Below the pieces are notes generated by a model. The model was not told the DNA's origin. It worked only from the letters and a program-made list of their open reading frames with translations, and made no database searches. A stretch of 64,000 nt of DNA. It comes from Paragordius varius (Eukaryota; Animalia; Nematomorpha). Location of the stretch: assembly GCA_964247055.1 (NCBI GenBank), contig OZ176057.1:2232001-2296000 (forward strand), written 5' to 3'. The position numbers and the translations under genes are program-made. Shown piece by piece: positions 39,227 to 53,638 of the stretch. How positions within the stretch are numbered: the first letter of the stretch is position 1; each line of letters begins with the position of its first letter.

Positions 39227-40492
39227 TTATGTATTTAATTAAAAATACAATTATTCCTCGTGGTCATATATACATTTGAGATTTTACAGGCAGAAATTTC
39301 ATTATAATTTTAGAACATAGATTTTTAATGCTATAAACTATATCAATAAATATATGTATACAATAGATAAAGATTTAATTTATTTATTTTATTATACCAA
39401 TATATATTAAAAATTATAATACAAAATAACTTATTCTCATAAATAAGAGTGTGGTATCTTTTGTTAGATGTGTTACTGTGATTTAGTATGGTTACACTCT
39501 ATATTAAGTTAATTGCCGTGTTAAACTAAAAGATTTATAATCATTAGATCATAGTATCTAAAACATCATTATTTTCATGAGAACATATCCTTTGCTTTTG
39601 TATCTTCATCTTTTTGTGTTCTGGGTAAAAATTTACTGTTAAGATCCTATATCTGAAATTCAAAATATACCGCATCCAATGATATATAAAAATAAATAAT
39701 ATCCACTAGGCATAATTAACATGGTTTTTTTAAGAATTAACCGAATATAAAAACCCTAATAAGCCCAAAAAAGAATAAATTCCAACAAAATAAATATAAT
39801 AGGGCGATGGTTTATGCATCTTTTATTATATATATACTTGTTTTAAATAGCTATAAAAACCCTAAATTTTTTAAAAGATAGAGTTTATTACGCTTTTTTA
39901 AATGACATAAATTTATAATAAATTTTTTATTTTAAGGTTATATTTAATTTTTTGTTATTTTTCGGTTGTTTTTGAAAAATTTATATCTATATATTCTGAT
40001 TGGCGAATCAAAATAATTTCAGATTCGGGTTATAGAACACTGAAATTAGTTTAAATTTTAAATTTTGAGTGGTGGCGCTCGAACAAGTTCAAATTTATCG
40101 ACTAGTGTAATTATACAAAATTTTTAAATTCAGGTTGGGACAGAGACGGAGACTAATATTTATGGCCTTTTACTGCTCCCCTTCAAATTATTATAGAAAC
40201 AAAAAAAATAATGTCTATTACCTTCAAATTTTCAATACACAATGTTTAGAATACAATTAGGCTAATTGTAAAATAAATCAAAATTACATTGGTGATATTC
40301 TACGATACTCGAAAACCGATGTCAGAAAAAGATAAATTACCGACGAAAAATTATGGTCTAATAAAAATATGGTATACCATAATTAGGACACATTTATAAG
40401 TAGTAATGGTTTCATATTCTTTTCCAATCAAATATTTTTACAAATAAAGTTTTGTGTGTATGAAAAAATCCAAAAATAAATTTATATAACAA

Positions 40493-40496
<4 letters not shown>

Positions 40497-40570
<74 letters not shown>
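40497..40570. repeat. (TA)n microsatellite
   Basis: ~74 bp uninterrupted TA run. Confidence 0.95.
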
Positions 40571-40578
<8 letters not shown>

Positions 40579-42355
40579 ATATATAATTTATTGCAGCAAT
40601 ACTAGCTTATATAAATTTAAATGAAAAAAATTAGGTAAATATTATTTTATTGTTATAAACATTTTTGAGAAATATAAGTCTAGATTTATTAAAAATAATA
40701 TATTTATAGCCTTTTGCAATAACAAATATAATAGCATAGATATTTTTCTCGCCTTTACTAATTTTTATTATATTTAACGCAAAAATATATATTGATATTA
40801 CCCCACATTTATTTACTATTGGGTGTGAAAATAATTTCGCAAAAATACCTGTTTAAATTTTGGTAAAACGAATGTTTATTTCCCCAAAACACTTTGGTTT
40901 TTATTTTATATTTTTTTATAAAAAATCTTAAACTATTTACATTCGAGTTTTTGTTAGCCAGAAAAATAAAGAAAATTTTATATCGATTTCGGAATCAAAC
41001 ATTATGTATCAAAAAATGTTTTGTGTCTATTTAATCACCGCTTTTATCATAAATTTTACACTGCAACTTCAAGTAAGGGGCAAAATAATTTCCGATGGAT
41101 TAGAGAGAATACCGCATTCTGGTAAATTTTATTTTTTCACATTAAAAATTAAAAATATTTGGGGTTTAGGCTAACTTTAAAAGATCATTATTTTTAAATA
41201 AAAAAGATGTCAAGTCTACAAAACTTACAAATTTATTAGGGGCATCCATATTTTATTTGTATATAAATATATATGATTGGGGTACGAAATGATTTAAAAA
41301 TGTGTAATTAAGAGGCTTTTAACCCCATATTTTACAATCGGGATTCCCAAACATATTATGAATTACCAAGATGTCACTTTTTAAGGTTTTGGATTAAATT
41401 GAAGCTAAATGTTAGTATATATCCTTAAAATTTTCGAGAATATTACAGGCTTTTTGCGAAAAAATATTTAAGTGTGAATAGGGCTCATAAAAACAATTTA
41501 ATTTTAAGAAATATTATAACTATTCCAATTCTCTTAAACAAATTAAATCCACCCTTATACATTTAAAATGCCCTAAATCTTCAAAATTTTAACCATGATT
41601 ATATTATCATTATCGTCTAAAATATATAATATACTTAATTTATAATGACATAATATTTGTATTACACATATTTGTTTATTATTTCTGTATTTTTTATAAA
41701 TTTCGTTTTCATAAATTTAATCAGTTTTTATACATAATGGTCAATTTCAAATGCAACTTTTGACATTGTTGAAACAAGATTTTTAAGTTTTGCTGGTTGA
41801 ACATTAGATATAGATGTGTTAATTAATCTTTATTACCTTTTGATTAAGTTTTATAAATAGAGCAATGACACTAACCAAAAAAATTAAAGAACCGCAAAAA
41901 TATTTATCTTGGCTCAAGAACCGTGAGCCATATAGTATCGATTAAAATTTATAGCTTTTTGACACGTTTGCAGATTATATGTAAAATAAATATAATAAGA
42001 TATAAATTATTTAGGGCCATAAAATGCTCTTTTAAGTTGTATGCGGCCCTTTGGACGTGGTTTAAAAACCCTTGCCCTGGAGAATATTAATTTTGAATAT
42101 TTTAAAAATTTATATTATTGAGCCAAATTTTAAAATATGCATTTAGCTTCTGGGCGCAAAATAGAAGAAAAATTTTATACAAAAACTTAAGATTTTATAC
42201 ACTTATCTCAATTTTTTGCCCTTTTTTACTTTGATTTTTTACAATGTAAACAATAATATCTAAAAAAACTAATGTCTATGGTTTAAATAAATAATCATCT
42301 TCTAAATATATATATTTAAGCAGAACATTTTTGTAATTTATTAATAAGTCAGCTG

Positions 42356-42546
42356 TATACCATTATTTATACACAAACCTAACATTTTTCCAGCAAACAC
42401 AACATTTTTTACTCTTTTTGGAGAAAAATGTTGCGTTTGCTTTTAAAAATACTTTTGTTTAAAAAAATGTTGTTTTCTGATAAAATGTGCGTTTTAAAAA
42501 TATGTTGCGCTTGGTTAAAAAATGTTGTTGTCACTGAAAAATGGTA
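42356..42546. mobile_element. Small MITE with TATACCATT...AATGGTA ends and aaaaatgttg subrepeats
   Basis: Inverted caacattttt / aaaaatgttg arrays. Confidence 0.55.
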
Positions 42547-42871
42547 AAAATTTCAATCGGGTTTTGAAGCTATCCAATTTTAGACCCTAAAAATGGAAAA
42601 CCGTAAAATAATGTAACCTTTTTTATCACATAATGGATAAAAATGTTTGAAATTACCTTACAACAACATTCAAAACAGTAGTTAATATTTTATGATATGA
42701 TGTTTAAATTACCCCAAATGTCATCGTGTATAAAAAATGATATATAAGTGTTAAAAGTGTTACCATTGTAGTAAATATGGATTTTTTATAATGGATTTGA
42801 TATTTTTAATAAAAAGAGTAAATCTATTTGTATTCACAAATGTTATTTCCATATATATCGCCTCTAAAATA

Positions 42872-43034
42872 ATGAATAAAATATTTTTGATAACGCTTAA
42901 GAGCTCAAAACAAGTCAGCTCTAAGTATTTTACACATTATTTTATATGGTTCCTCGTTATAAAAACTTATATATTTCTGGCTTTTAACACTTCAATCACA
43001 ATGATGCATTCATGTGTAATTCGATGCGAATCGG
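42872..43034 (+). CDS. Putative exon 1 of GPCR gene (hydrophobic leader)
   Basis: MNKIF...YFIWFLVIKTYIFLAF...CES G|GTAGTT; phase 1 fits the exon at 46406. Confidence 0.3.
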
Positions 43035-43420
43035 GTAGTTAAAAACTTGGCATGAATATAAAAAATTATAAATATCACCTGATATAGTTTACTTTGTGAA
43101 AAAAACTGATAGGTGCAGGAGTTAAATACAATATTGGTTTGATTATAGATTAAATTATAAATTATATATTAGAAGTTATAAACTTAGATTATACAAAATA
43201 AAAAATAAATATTTCCTGATTTTTTAATTTTTGGCACGAAACAGTAAACTTAATTTAGGTTTGATCCTTAATATATAATTTTACGATGTCATATCTATTC
43301 TGACATGTAAAAAAAATTTTGATTCAAACTTTAAAATTTTGACCTGATCAACCTATCAAAATTATCAATTAAACAAAATTACTTTGTAGCAACTTTCAAA
43401 AATATCTACTCTTACATAAA

Positions 43421-43675
43421 TCTGGGGTGTCCAAAACAAATGGTGGGCCACCTTTGAAACATATATTGTCATTCATGGATAATTTAAATTTAAAACATAT
43501 GACTGTAAAATGCCAAGACAATATTAGATTTTTTTTATTTCGTTATTGTTTAGATATATAAATTTTACCAAGTTTTGTCAAAATATTTTTGCCAATAATT
43601 GATTTCCAATTTTTTGTGGGCCGCACAAAGAGTCTCGGATGGCCGCATGCGGCCCGCAGGCCGTGTGTTAAGCAC
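43421..43675. mobile_element. hAT-type MITE
   Basis: ctggggtgtccaaa start; ggccgcatgcggcccgcaggccg subterminal motif like the 36840 end. Confidence 0.6.
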
Positions 43676-43836
43676 CTTAATATAAACTTACCAAAACAAA
43701 TTATGGGCTGTTATTTAAAAATCATTATATTTTAGCAAGCCAATTTTATTGTTGATTTTGGGGTGGATCTTTAAAATATATATATTTAGGTGATAAGTAT
43801 GGTTATAAGTTATCAAATAATGATATGAGATATATA

Positions 43837-46332
43837 TACACACACTTGTGCAAAAAAGATTATGAGATAGCTTGTGACCAGCTAATACATTTGCCGCAAA
43901 AATGTGAATTTGTTAACGACTTAGTTTTTTTAAGGGAAATCGGGCAAAAAGTAATAATTAAGGATAATTAATAATAATTCAAATATGATATAAGTTGATA
44001 TATTATGGTTTATTATCATTTGAGATATTTTTAATATATAAATAGCCTAAAGTCATATAGTTAGGGTTTATATAAAATCTCAGTTCAAACGATGGCGTTC
44101 TTTTAACAACATTAAAAGAAAAAAATATGAAACTATAAGAAAATAATTTTTTTATTATTTTCTACTAAATTCACTATAAAAATCTTAACATTCATATATA
44201 CCATTTCCCAGTCTAAATAAACGTTTTCCCAGTCAATCGAAACATTTTCCCAATCAATCGAAACATTTTCCCAGTCAATCGAAACGTTGTCCTATTCAAT
44301 AAACACATTTTCCCAATCAATAAAAACGTTTTCCCAGTCAATAAAAACGGTTTTAATTTTGATTATAAACATCAAAACAATAATTTAAAAACAACTTTTA
44401 ACCATTATTAGCGTAGTATATGGAGATAGTTTTTAATTAAAAACACAATTATTGAATGACAATTTTTCCAAGTATATTCCAGTACACAATCATTAATGAC
44501 TTATCTTTAAATGTTATACTTTTGGAATTTGATTTAAGTTAATATTTTTTATTTTATCGATGGTTCGCATTAATATATGCGGAACGCTTCAAATAATTTT
44601 TAAATATGTCCGGTTCGATAAAAATACTGCGGAAAAAATATCTAAACGAAAAAATTTTTTTCATACAAATGTTTTTGTTTTAAAAATATTTAATCAAAAG
44701 GATATTTCGCGGGCCGCCTTTTTAACTCAAAAGGCACACGGTTCCCCATTCCAAATATATACAGGCATTCACATAATTTTTCGATTAAGACTGTAAAATA
44801 CAAACACAATATAACAATTTTTTTTAATTCATTACCAATTTAATAGATTCATTCATAATATTTGCTTAAGAAATATGAATATTACTAAGATTTTGTGGGC
44901 ATATTTTTGCGTATGATTTTCCAAAGTTTTGAGGCCCGCACAAAGATATTCGGAAGGCCGCCTTAGGCCCCCAACCAAATGTTAAATATTATAAAATTAG
45001 CGTAAAATTTATGTTTAAGATCCAATATAAAGTGTTTGATGACCTTTGTGATAAAAATGGTATATTTTTATAAATTTTATTAATTCCTCCGTAACTATAG
45101 ATTTTTTAAGTTAGTCGCATATATTAATGCGAACCATCAATAAATATATTATCTTAACGCAAATTCCAAAAATATAACATTTAAAGAAAAATTCATTAAT
45201 GATTGTGCACTGGGATATCTTGGAAAAATTGTCATTCAATAATTGTGTTTTTAATTAAAAATTATCCCCATATACTACGCTAATAATAATTAAAAGTTGT
45301 TTTTATCTTCTTGTTTTGATATTTATCATCCAAAATAAACCCGTTTTTATTGACTGGGAAAACGTTTTTATTGATTGGGAAAATGTTTTTATTGACTGGG
45401 AAAACGTTTTTATTGTTGGGAAAATGTGTTTTTTGAATAGGACAACGTTTCGATTGACTAGGAAAATGTTTCGACTGGGAAAACGTTTCGATTGACTGGG
45501 AAAACGTTTATTTAGACTGGGAAATTGTATATTATTCAGTAAAAAAACTTATATATCAAAATAAAACTAAAAATTTTTATTTTTCATTTTTTCTTCATCT
45601 GATTCATGAGTATAAAAAAATTATGCTGTTTTATTTTAAAATCTTACATGAGTGAAAATTATAAACTATATAATTTATGCAAAATAGGATTTTAAAGTAG
45701 TAAAATATCAACTAAAAATCCTTACAAATCCCAATAAAAAGTTTGTTTTACCACAGATTAATATGTTTAATGGATATTTATGGAATTTTGGTTAATAAAT
45801 TATATTTTGAATCAATTTATATAATCTGTGATCTCTGCTCATGTCCAATTCCAAAATAAAACAGTAATTTTTTTATACCGTCTTAAACCGAGAAATAAAA
45901 AAATGAAAAAATAAAAAACAATATTTTTTAGTTTTATTGCATAAATGAATGTTTTATAATAGTGAGTTTGCCTAGTAAATAATTAAAAAAGACTATTTCA
46001 ATATAGTTTCATAATTTTGTCTCTTTAAGTTTATTAAAAGAACGCCATCTTTTCAACTGATATTTTATAGACACCCTAACTATATGATTTTAGGCTATTT
46101 GTATATTAAAAATAGATCCATAAATGATAATAAACCATAATATCTCAACTTTTATCATTATATTTTAAATAATCCTTAATTATCCTTGATTTTCACTTTT
46201 TGGCCGATTTCAATTTTCGCTTAATATTCCAAAAATTAGGTCGTTAACAAAAATTTTTGCGGCAAATGAATTCGCTGGTCATGAGCTATCTCATGAAAAA
46301 AAATTTTGTTAAAGATTTTTTTGCACACAGTA
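43837..46332. mobile_element. Long-TIR element (~320-bp arms) containing nested insertions
   Basis: 43837-44160 is the reverse complement of ~45980-46332 (atgagatagct..tgaccagc, catatagttaggg, gatggcgttct). Confidence 0.7.
44197..45531. mobile_element. Foldback element with ~400-bp arms and 21-bp repeats (aaacgttttcccagtcaatcg); partial copy ~54490-55085
   Basis: tataccatttcccagtctaaataaacg / cgtttatttagactgggaaattgtata; arms extend to ~44580 and ~45117. Confidence 0.82.
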
Positions 46333-46405
46333 TATAGTATTATAAATGTCACATTGTGTCACCTTTAAAGTTAAACAATTTATTTATTTATTTATTTGGC
46401 CATAG

Positions 46406-47001
46406 AAAACAGAAATAATACCCTTGCTATAAATCGTGTTCAACAAAGAATTGCCAAATCATTCGATGATCGAAATCAAAGTTTTGATAATTACATTCAT
46501 AGTAAAAATTTTGCATTTTCACCTTATACTGTAACTATGATCCAATCTTTGCTAATACTGAATCCTGAGAATCAATGCCCAAATATTAATTCTAAAAAAT
46601 CCGGATTTTATCCATATTCCCTTATAGATCCTAGTCCGGTCTCAATGTTTAAGATGTTCATTAAACAACGCCTTATTTTACATGTGAAGCGGTCAAAGGA
46701 TATAGAGATTCAGAAAATTATTAATGCCAGTGCCATTGCATATAAAAATTTGGAACGATGCAACGGTTCATACTTTAGCTCAATGGCCGAGGTAGTGAAT
46801 GGTACTCATTTCCGAGAAATTATTCCAGATTGGTTTAAGGACATGACTGGAAATATTCGAACGTTTGTGCAAAAAAATTTTCAGCCAATTCTCCTCGTGA
46901 ACCATAATGTTTCTTTAGTTTTCCAAAGCTTTGATAAAAGGTTAGTTAGATATGTCTTAACAAGTATAATTTATGATGTGCTTAAAAAATATACTAATAC
47001 G
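46406..47001 (+). CDS. Putative GPCR ectodomain exon 2 (N-glycosylation rich)
   Basis: 232-aa ORF in AT-rich DNA; catAG acceptor; donor ACG|GTTAGC; sequons NNT, NQS, NAS, NGS, NGT, NVS. Confidence 0.5.
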
Positions 47002-48219
47002 GTTAGCTATATGAACGAAACATGTGCAAAAATATGTTTTATTAAACAGATTATTAGTATAAGGAATCAAAATAAAAATATTTATTGGTTCTAAAACTAT
47101 TTTGAAACAAAAAAATTTAACTTAACACTGTGATGTCAAATAATCGCTAAAAAATTATCCAAATTTATTTTCCTGTGTAAATTCATTTTTTATATTGTTT
47201 TCCATTTTAATAATTTGTGAAAGTGGTTTTTGGATATCATTTCAGAGAAAAGTGGCCGGCTGTAAAATAATGTTGCCCCCTATATAGTAAATAAAACAAT
47301 ACTAAATTAAACCCTTTTAAACTCTTAATGTATATCTAACATCCTTGGAATTCATTTTTGGTCAAGCGTCATTCTTGAAAAAATATTATGTTAAAGTTAT
47401 AAATCAAACTAATTGTTACATTTAAAATTTTACCGATTTATAATATGTCTATACATTTTTATATTGTCAATGACTGGAATAACTGATATAAGACACGCAT
47501 ATTAATACATTAAAATAAAACAAAAATTATATATTAACCACATTATTGTTGGCCAATTAGTAATACAATATCGTAAGACATTAATCAAATTTTTCATGAA
47601 TGGATAAACAAATTTAATACGGTAAGATAGGAAAAAATTGTTTAATTTTAACCTTTATTATTTTATATCCATATGCTATTGTATTACCAATTGGATTATT
47701 ATAATATAAACCGGCAGCATATTGTGCTTACTGTAAAAAATAACATTGAATTAAATCTAAAAAAATGAGACCGTTTTTAAAAATATTTTGTTTTAAAACT
47801 GTTTTATCATTACTCGGGTTTTTTAGCCCCTTAATGGTCATTTTATAAAGTGTCGATTCCTATACATTTCGGAAATAATTAATACTATAGTATATTCAAC
47901 AACAGTTTTTGATTAATGACTATTTATTATGTTACATAATCTATAAATTTTAATTTAAAAGTAAGTAATGATTATTCTAGATATAACATGAATATTTGCA
48001 AAATGATTTATGAATATAGTGTTTAAGAAAATCCTGACGAAATATATATTTTCTGAAGCAAAAATTATCAGGATTCTTGTGCTTTTGGTTTTAGCCCAAT
48101 GAGTAATTAAAAAATATTCACACTTAAGTGATAATTGCTACAAATCGAATCGCGCGGAAATTTATGGTATATAAGAATTTTTGGTGAGAGGTCGCTTTTG
48201 AAAATATCATTAAAATACA

Positions 48220-49945
48220 TCAAAAATATATTTAAAAATGAAAAATACTGGCTTTGTTATCTATTTCCAGAACCGGGAGACCCATTCAAATCCAAATGCG
48301 CAAAAATATAATTAATGAATGCCTCAATAGCCCTTTTATTTGATTTAAGCGCAAATCGAAAAACGGTTTTTTTGAAAACAGAGGTCTACAAAAATTGTGT
48401 GTTTAAGACAATTTCTCGGGAAACGTGTTGGACCATTCGATTAATATAATTTTTTTCCTTTTTTCGATTGCGCTGAACATAGTCTGCTCGCTTTTTTAAT
48501 TTATTTTTACCCGTTCTCCCCATAAAAATTCCATTTTTTTTACAAAAACCAAGTTCACGAAAATAATTTTATGAAACTTTCTCCCAAGGTTTCGTAAAAA
48601 TTCAATGTGGATTCCAGGTATTCCCTGTGAAAAGGATATTAGGCGTACGTTTTTTATTATATCGGCTGCCGGGTAATGAGATAGCACTAAAAACTCCCCC
48701 GTATCGAAATAACTTACCAGGGGCTAAATTTTAGAAGACCAATCAGGCCATATAAGTTCAATAGGTGCTGAAAATATTACCCATAACAAGGCAAAAATTT
48801 AAATCGTGCGTTATTTTAAAATTATCCGTTAATTAGCCCCTTTACGCCCTAAAAAAACACCACCCATAGAATGATTTTTCAGTTTTGAGGCAATTAGTCC
48901 AAAAGTTAATGAGAGCATATGGAATCAATCATGATTCCAAGTATTTCCCTAATCAAGGCAAATTTCGGGCGTTTTTTTGTTTCGCCCTTGGCTAGGGGCT
49001 ACCCGAAACTGCGTCACCAAATCGAGACAGCATGCCTTTGGAGCCAAATTTCAGAAAACCCATGACACTATATGAGTTCAATAAGGGCCTAAAATATTTA
49101 TTACCTCTTAAAAACAAAAAATTTAGTATAGGGGGTTATTTCAATGATTGGCTAAGTAAGGTGCCCTGAAAAATGCGCCGTCATAGAAAAATATTTTAGT
49201 TTAGAAGCAAATTTCCAGGAACCTATAGGAACATATGAAATCCATAATAGTTCCAGATATTTTTCATATAAAGGCAAAAATTTTGACTAAGGCCTTTTTA
49301 TACCTGCCCCTTAGGAACCACCCGCCAAATACTGCTTCATTATATAGATATTACGTTGTTTTGGAGCTAATTTACAGAACATTTATGAAGCCATATGAAC
49401 TTATTAAAAGCTTATATTACCCGTGACTAGGTAAAAATAGGGGTGCGTTTTTTTATTAGGCGTTAATTTGGTGCCTTTATGCCCTAAAAATACACCATCG
49501 TATAACCATTATGGAGTATTATTTTTTCGAATAACCCATGAGACGATGTTATCATAGATCCAAAAAAATACTCACAGCTTTTCTATATAGATGTAGGGGT
49601 TTATTGGCTTAAAACTAGGACGCCATGCAAAATGGCGTAATTTTGGAGCTAATTTTCAAAAAAAACTTAAGAAGTCATACAAATTCAATAAAGGCTTTAA
49701 ATAATATCCATAAAAACGTATAAAATATAGTATACGGTTTTTTCCGTTAGCCGTCAATTTAGGGCCTTCGCACCAGTAAACAAAATATTGGTGGTAATGC
49801 ACAGTTATGAAAATTCTATGAACCACTGTTTTGAAAATCATATGAGATCATAACTATTAAATAAGATTTCGAAATAATCCATATACATAGATCACAATTT
49901 TGTTGAGCCCTTTTTTCAAATAGCGGCTTCGCAGGCTCCAACTAA
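48220..49945 (+). mobile_element. Non-autonomous Helitron, third copy
   Basis: A|TC 5' end; reverse-complement homolog of 37600-39226 with a longer array; 3' hairpin decayed. Confidence 0.75.
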
Positions 49946-50205
49946 CACTATCATGTTTATTACGGTAAAAAAATTTATATAGAAGAATTTATTCAGCAAC
50001 TTAATATCAATTGCTAAAATGGTAGATTATGGGTAAACTACATTAAAATGTAATCTTCTATTAAAAAAAATTAATCGTTGTACCACATGTTAGCATTTTA
50101 ACAATTTTTTTTGTTTATTGTTATCTATCATATGACAAATTAATCCGTATAATTTTGCCATAGCCTGCCTAATTTAAACTTTTATTATAGAAATAGCTTT
50201 CTTAG

Positions 50206-50369
50206 GGAGGGATTATTAATAATATTACCTCCAAACGGTATTTGAGACTAGGAATCATTCTTTTAATGTTACCCAAACACTATATGCAATCAGGGTTAGG
50301 TCTTAGAAAATTATTTAATGATGGGGCATTATTAGGAATTGGTGAGATAGGCAATTTAAATACGACAAC
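50206..50369 (+). CDS. Putative GPCR ectodomain exon 3
   Basis: GGIINNITSKRYLRLG...GNLNTT; phases 0/2 chain with neighbours. Confidence 0.35.
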
Positions 50370-51524
50370 GTAGAATATTTTCACGGCACTACAAAATGGA
50401 CAAATTACGCTCATTAAAGCGATTAACTGCATCACAGGTTTTGCATTATTATATATATAGGAATTTACAAATGTGTGTAGATCAAACCTCTTTACTCCAT
50501 AAGAACAAAATTATACATGTCTTTTTTATATATGACCAATGTCAAAAATATTTTTTGGCATGTTTTACCCAATAATGGCTTATGTTTTTTAATACTAAGA
50601 TTATTGCTGAAGTTTTTTGTTAACATTGTTAAAATTTGGTGTGCTTGGGGCTTTTGTACCTAAAACCCGCTCTACCATATGTTTTCTAGGTTATTTTTTG
50701 CCAGAATTATGAAATCCATTTAAATAGGAGTGCAGATTGCGTTTAAAGGCAAAGTAAAAAATTATTTTTTAAAAATCTCAATTTTAGATCTAGGCCTCAA
50801 AAAATTTTGGCCCCTACAAAATGGATAATTATTTTTAATATGTGGTACATATCCAAAAAAATATTTTTCAAAATGAATACTATGTCAAAAATATTAAATT
50901 ATTGGCTTTATGGATTTTGGAGCATAGTAAAAACTGTATAAAATAAGATTTTATAAATAATTTTTTTTATACAATTCGATGATGCTGAACTTTTTTATCG
51001 CCTCAGAATAAGGAATATGTTTGTCTCCATTTTTTAGTTAATAAGGCTTATCAAAAATTTTAATTTAAATTAAAAAAAATTCTAAAATATTTTTTTGTTC
51101 GTATAATCTAGCAATGATAAATTTAACAGCGCAATATCAACTTATTAGCATTTATTTTAAAAACTTAATGAGGAATTAGAAAATTTGACGATTGCCGAAA
51201 ACATATCTCAACATTTAAAAATTTATAAATATATCGTTTAGCTTTTTGGACGTAGTATATCTTATATAATAATATACCAAAGTTTTTATATTGCACCCTG
51301 TGCCCATATTTTGATATAAAGAAATCATTACTAAATTAAGTAATAGCAACCAAAACACTGGTAAGACCCAAATGCAAAAGCAGCATGACGATTCTAAACA
51401 TTTATCTATCGGAATATAAATATTCAATCAGAATATTTTTTTTGGATTTTAAATAAAAAAAACTTAAAATTTTAAAAAAATTAAATTGCTATTTCAATCC
51501 TTTTATACCGTTTTTATACATTAG

Positions 51525-51845
51525 GCCGAAACACATACCTATGGTTTATTATTACACTTCTTTTAAAGACCACACCAAATTGTTAGAAATTTTCCCATTT
51601 ATAAACCCAATATTGTTCATTCAGAACCCAGACATTTATAATGCATCCGTTTCTTGTTTTTTTGCCGCCTCAAAGAAAAACACTTTTATACCCTTTGAAA
51701 CCTTTATTGACCATATTAATCGACATGTCAAGAAAACGGCCAAGGCACCAAATGTTGGCTTAATACAATTACCCACCTATCAAATCCAAACAATATTCAA
51801 TTTAAGTGACATTAATATGTTAGAATTTGTTAATTTACTTGTATC
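51525..51845 (+). CDS. Putative GPCR ectodomain exon 4
   Basis: 103-aa ORF; attAG acceptor phase 2; sequons NAS, NLS; donor choice uncertain. Confidence 0.42.
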
Positions 51846-53208
51846 GTACTAATTATTTTCAATGGGTAACCCATATTTTAAAGATTAATAATTAATATCA
51901 TGTTCGATTAATTATCAATTTGAGTTCGTTTATATAACTTTTATTACTGGATATGCAATTATTTTCCGGATTAAAAAGTTGTTCAGGTATCTTATAATGT
52001 TTTGGCTTATTTATAAATTAATTTCATTAAAACTCTTCCCGTTGAAGATATTTAAAAATTTGGAAGGTTAATTTCGGAAAATCTGTTTGAAAGTGTTTCC
52101 ATTCATAAAAAATTATGTAAATTCTATAGATAAAATAAAATATTATGTATTGGTTTTCATATTTAAGCCTTCAAATTGTTTTTAACGTATGTTTTATTGT
52201 GTTAATAGTTAAGGAAAATAAATAACCAATTTTCTTAAATAAATAACAATAAAATTTGTTATGCCAGGGCCTTTGAACTAAAACTGAAATAATCTGACCC
52301 GTTTCTTGAATTGCCCCGAAAGGATAGTTATGTTGAATCCAAACTGGAAATTTTTAGAAAGCAAACCCTAAATTTTTAGTTTAGACTATAATAAACATGG
52401 AATTTATAAAAATATTCACCCTTTTAATAATTATACAAGGGAGCTGAAGAAAAATTTAAATAATAAAAAATTGTTCAAAGCAGGTATTCACATAAAAATC
52501 ATAAAAAATCACCAATCTTTTTGTTTTTTTTCATATGTTGTAATATATTTTATGTATTTATAAAATCTGCACTTCAAGAGTGTCCTTTTCGTAAAACTTG
52601 AACACTTGAAGTTTGCCCTTAAAATTTTTAAATTTGGATTTAACCATATTTTGCCTATATTTTTATTTTATTTTTTTTAATCTAATTTCCTTTATTTATT
52701 AAAAACTTTTTTATTTAAAATAAATTCTAATATTAAAAAACCACCTTCTTTCTTGTTATAATTTTTTCCAATTTAGCAAATTTATTACCTTATAAATATT
52801 TTTAACAAAAAATTGTAATTAACTCAGAATATATTTTAAATTTAAGTGTTAAAATCTTATCAATATAAAAATATTTTTGAGGAAATTAAAAAGGATATAC
52901 AGTTCCTGAATGATTAAAAATGATATTTATTTAAAAGTTTATGATAAATAAAGAAAATAGGTTAAAATTTTTAAAATAGAAGAATGATAAACGATTTGAT
53001 GGATAAAATTTAGAAAAACACAAAAATGTTCAAGGACACTATCGAAATGTAAATGTTTTAGTTATATCATTATTATATAAAATAACCTAATTTTTTAGTT
53101 GTGTTTAGTCAGTCAAGCTTTTTTAAACTTTACCGATACGTAATTTGTCAAAACAATCTCATACGGATTTCATTTTTTGACAATGTCAATTGTTGTATAT
53201 TTGTTTAA

Positions 53209-53460
53209 ATACCATTTACACTACAAATTCACCCTTGAAAAATTAAAATTTACCCCCGTACAATTCATATTTCCCCTAAAATAAGTCATGTGTTTTTTAA
53301 TCAAAAATTCCCTATATTTTTAATATTTTTTAAAAAATAAAATTCTGTTTATGATATAGTGAAAAAATAATAAATACCATAAAGATATATATCAAAGGAT
53401 AACTTATAATAGCCCAAAAATAATTTATTTTTAGGGTGAATTTGAATTGTTAATGGTATA
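53209..53460. mobile_element. MITE, TACCATTT family
   Basis: ataccatttaca...aaattcaccc / gggtgaatttgaattgttaatggtata. Confidence 0.72.
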
Positions 53461-53638
53461 TTAAAATATTTCTAGTGATTAGATTTAAAATAATAATAAA
53501 ATCCAATCCGTGTTGACTGATTTTTATCAGCATTTATAGACTGTCATCAGTGCTTATACTAGGCAAGGTTAATTAAAAAACACTTTAAATTTCAGTCTAC
53601 TTTATATTTTATATATTTAAATTAATTTTTACGATTAG

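Noticed and set aside
44197-45531. CRISPR-like appearance of 19-21-bp tandem repeats (also 10430-10510, 25340-26520)
   Set aside because: No unique spacers, repeats lie inside TIRs, eukaryotic context, no cas genes.
51215-51427. 70-aa hydrophobic minus-strand ORF
   Set aside because: No supporting splice chain or motif; hydrophobicity is expected from AT-rich codons.
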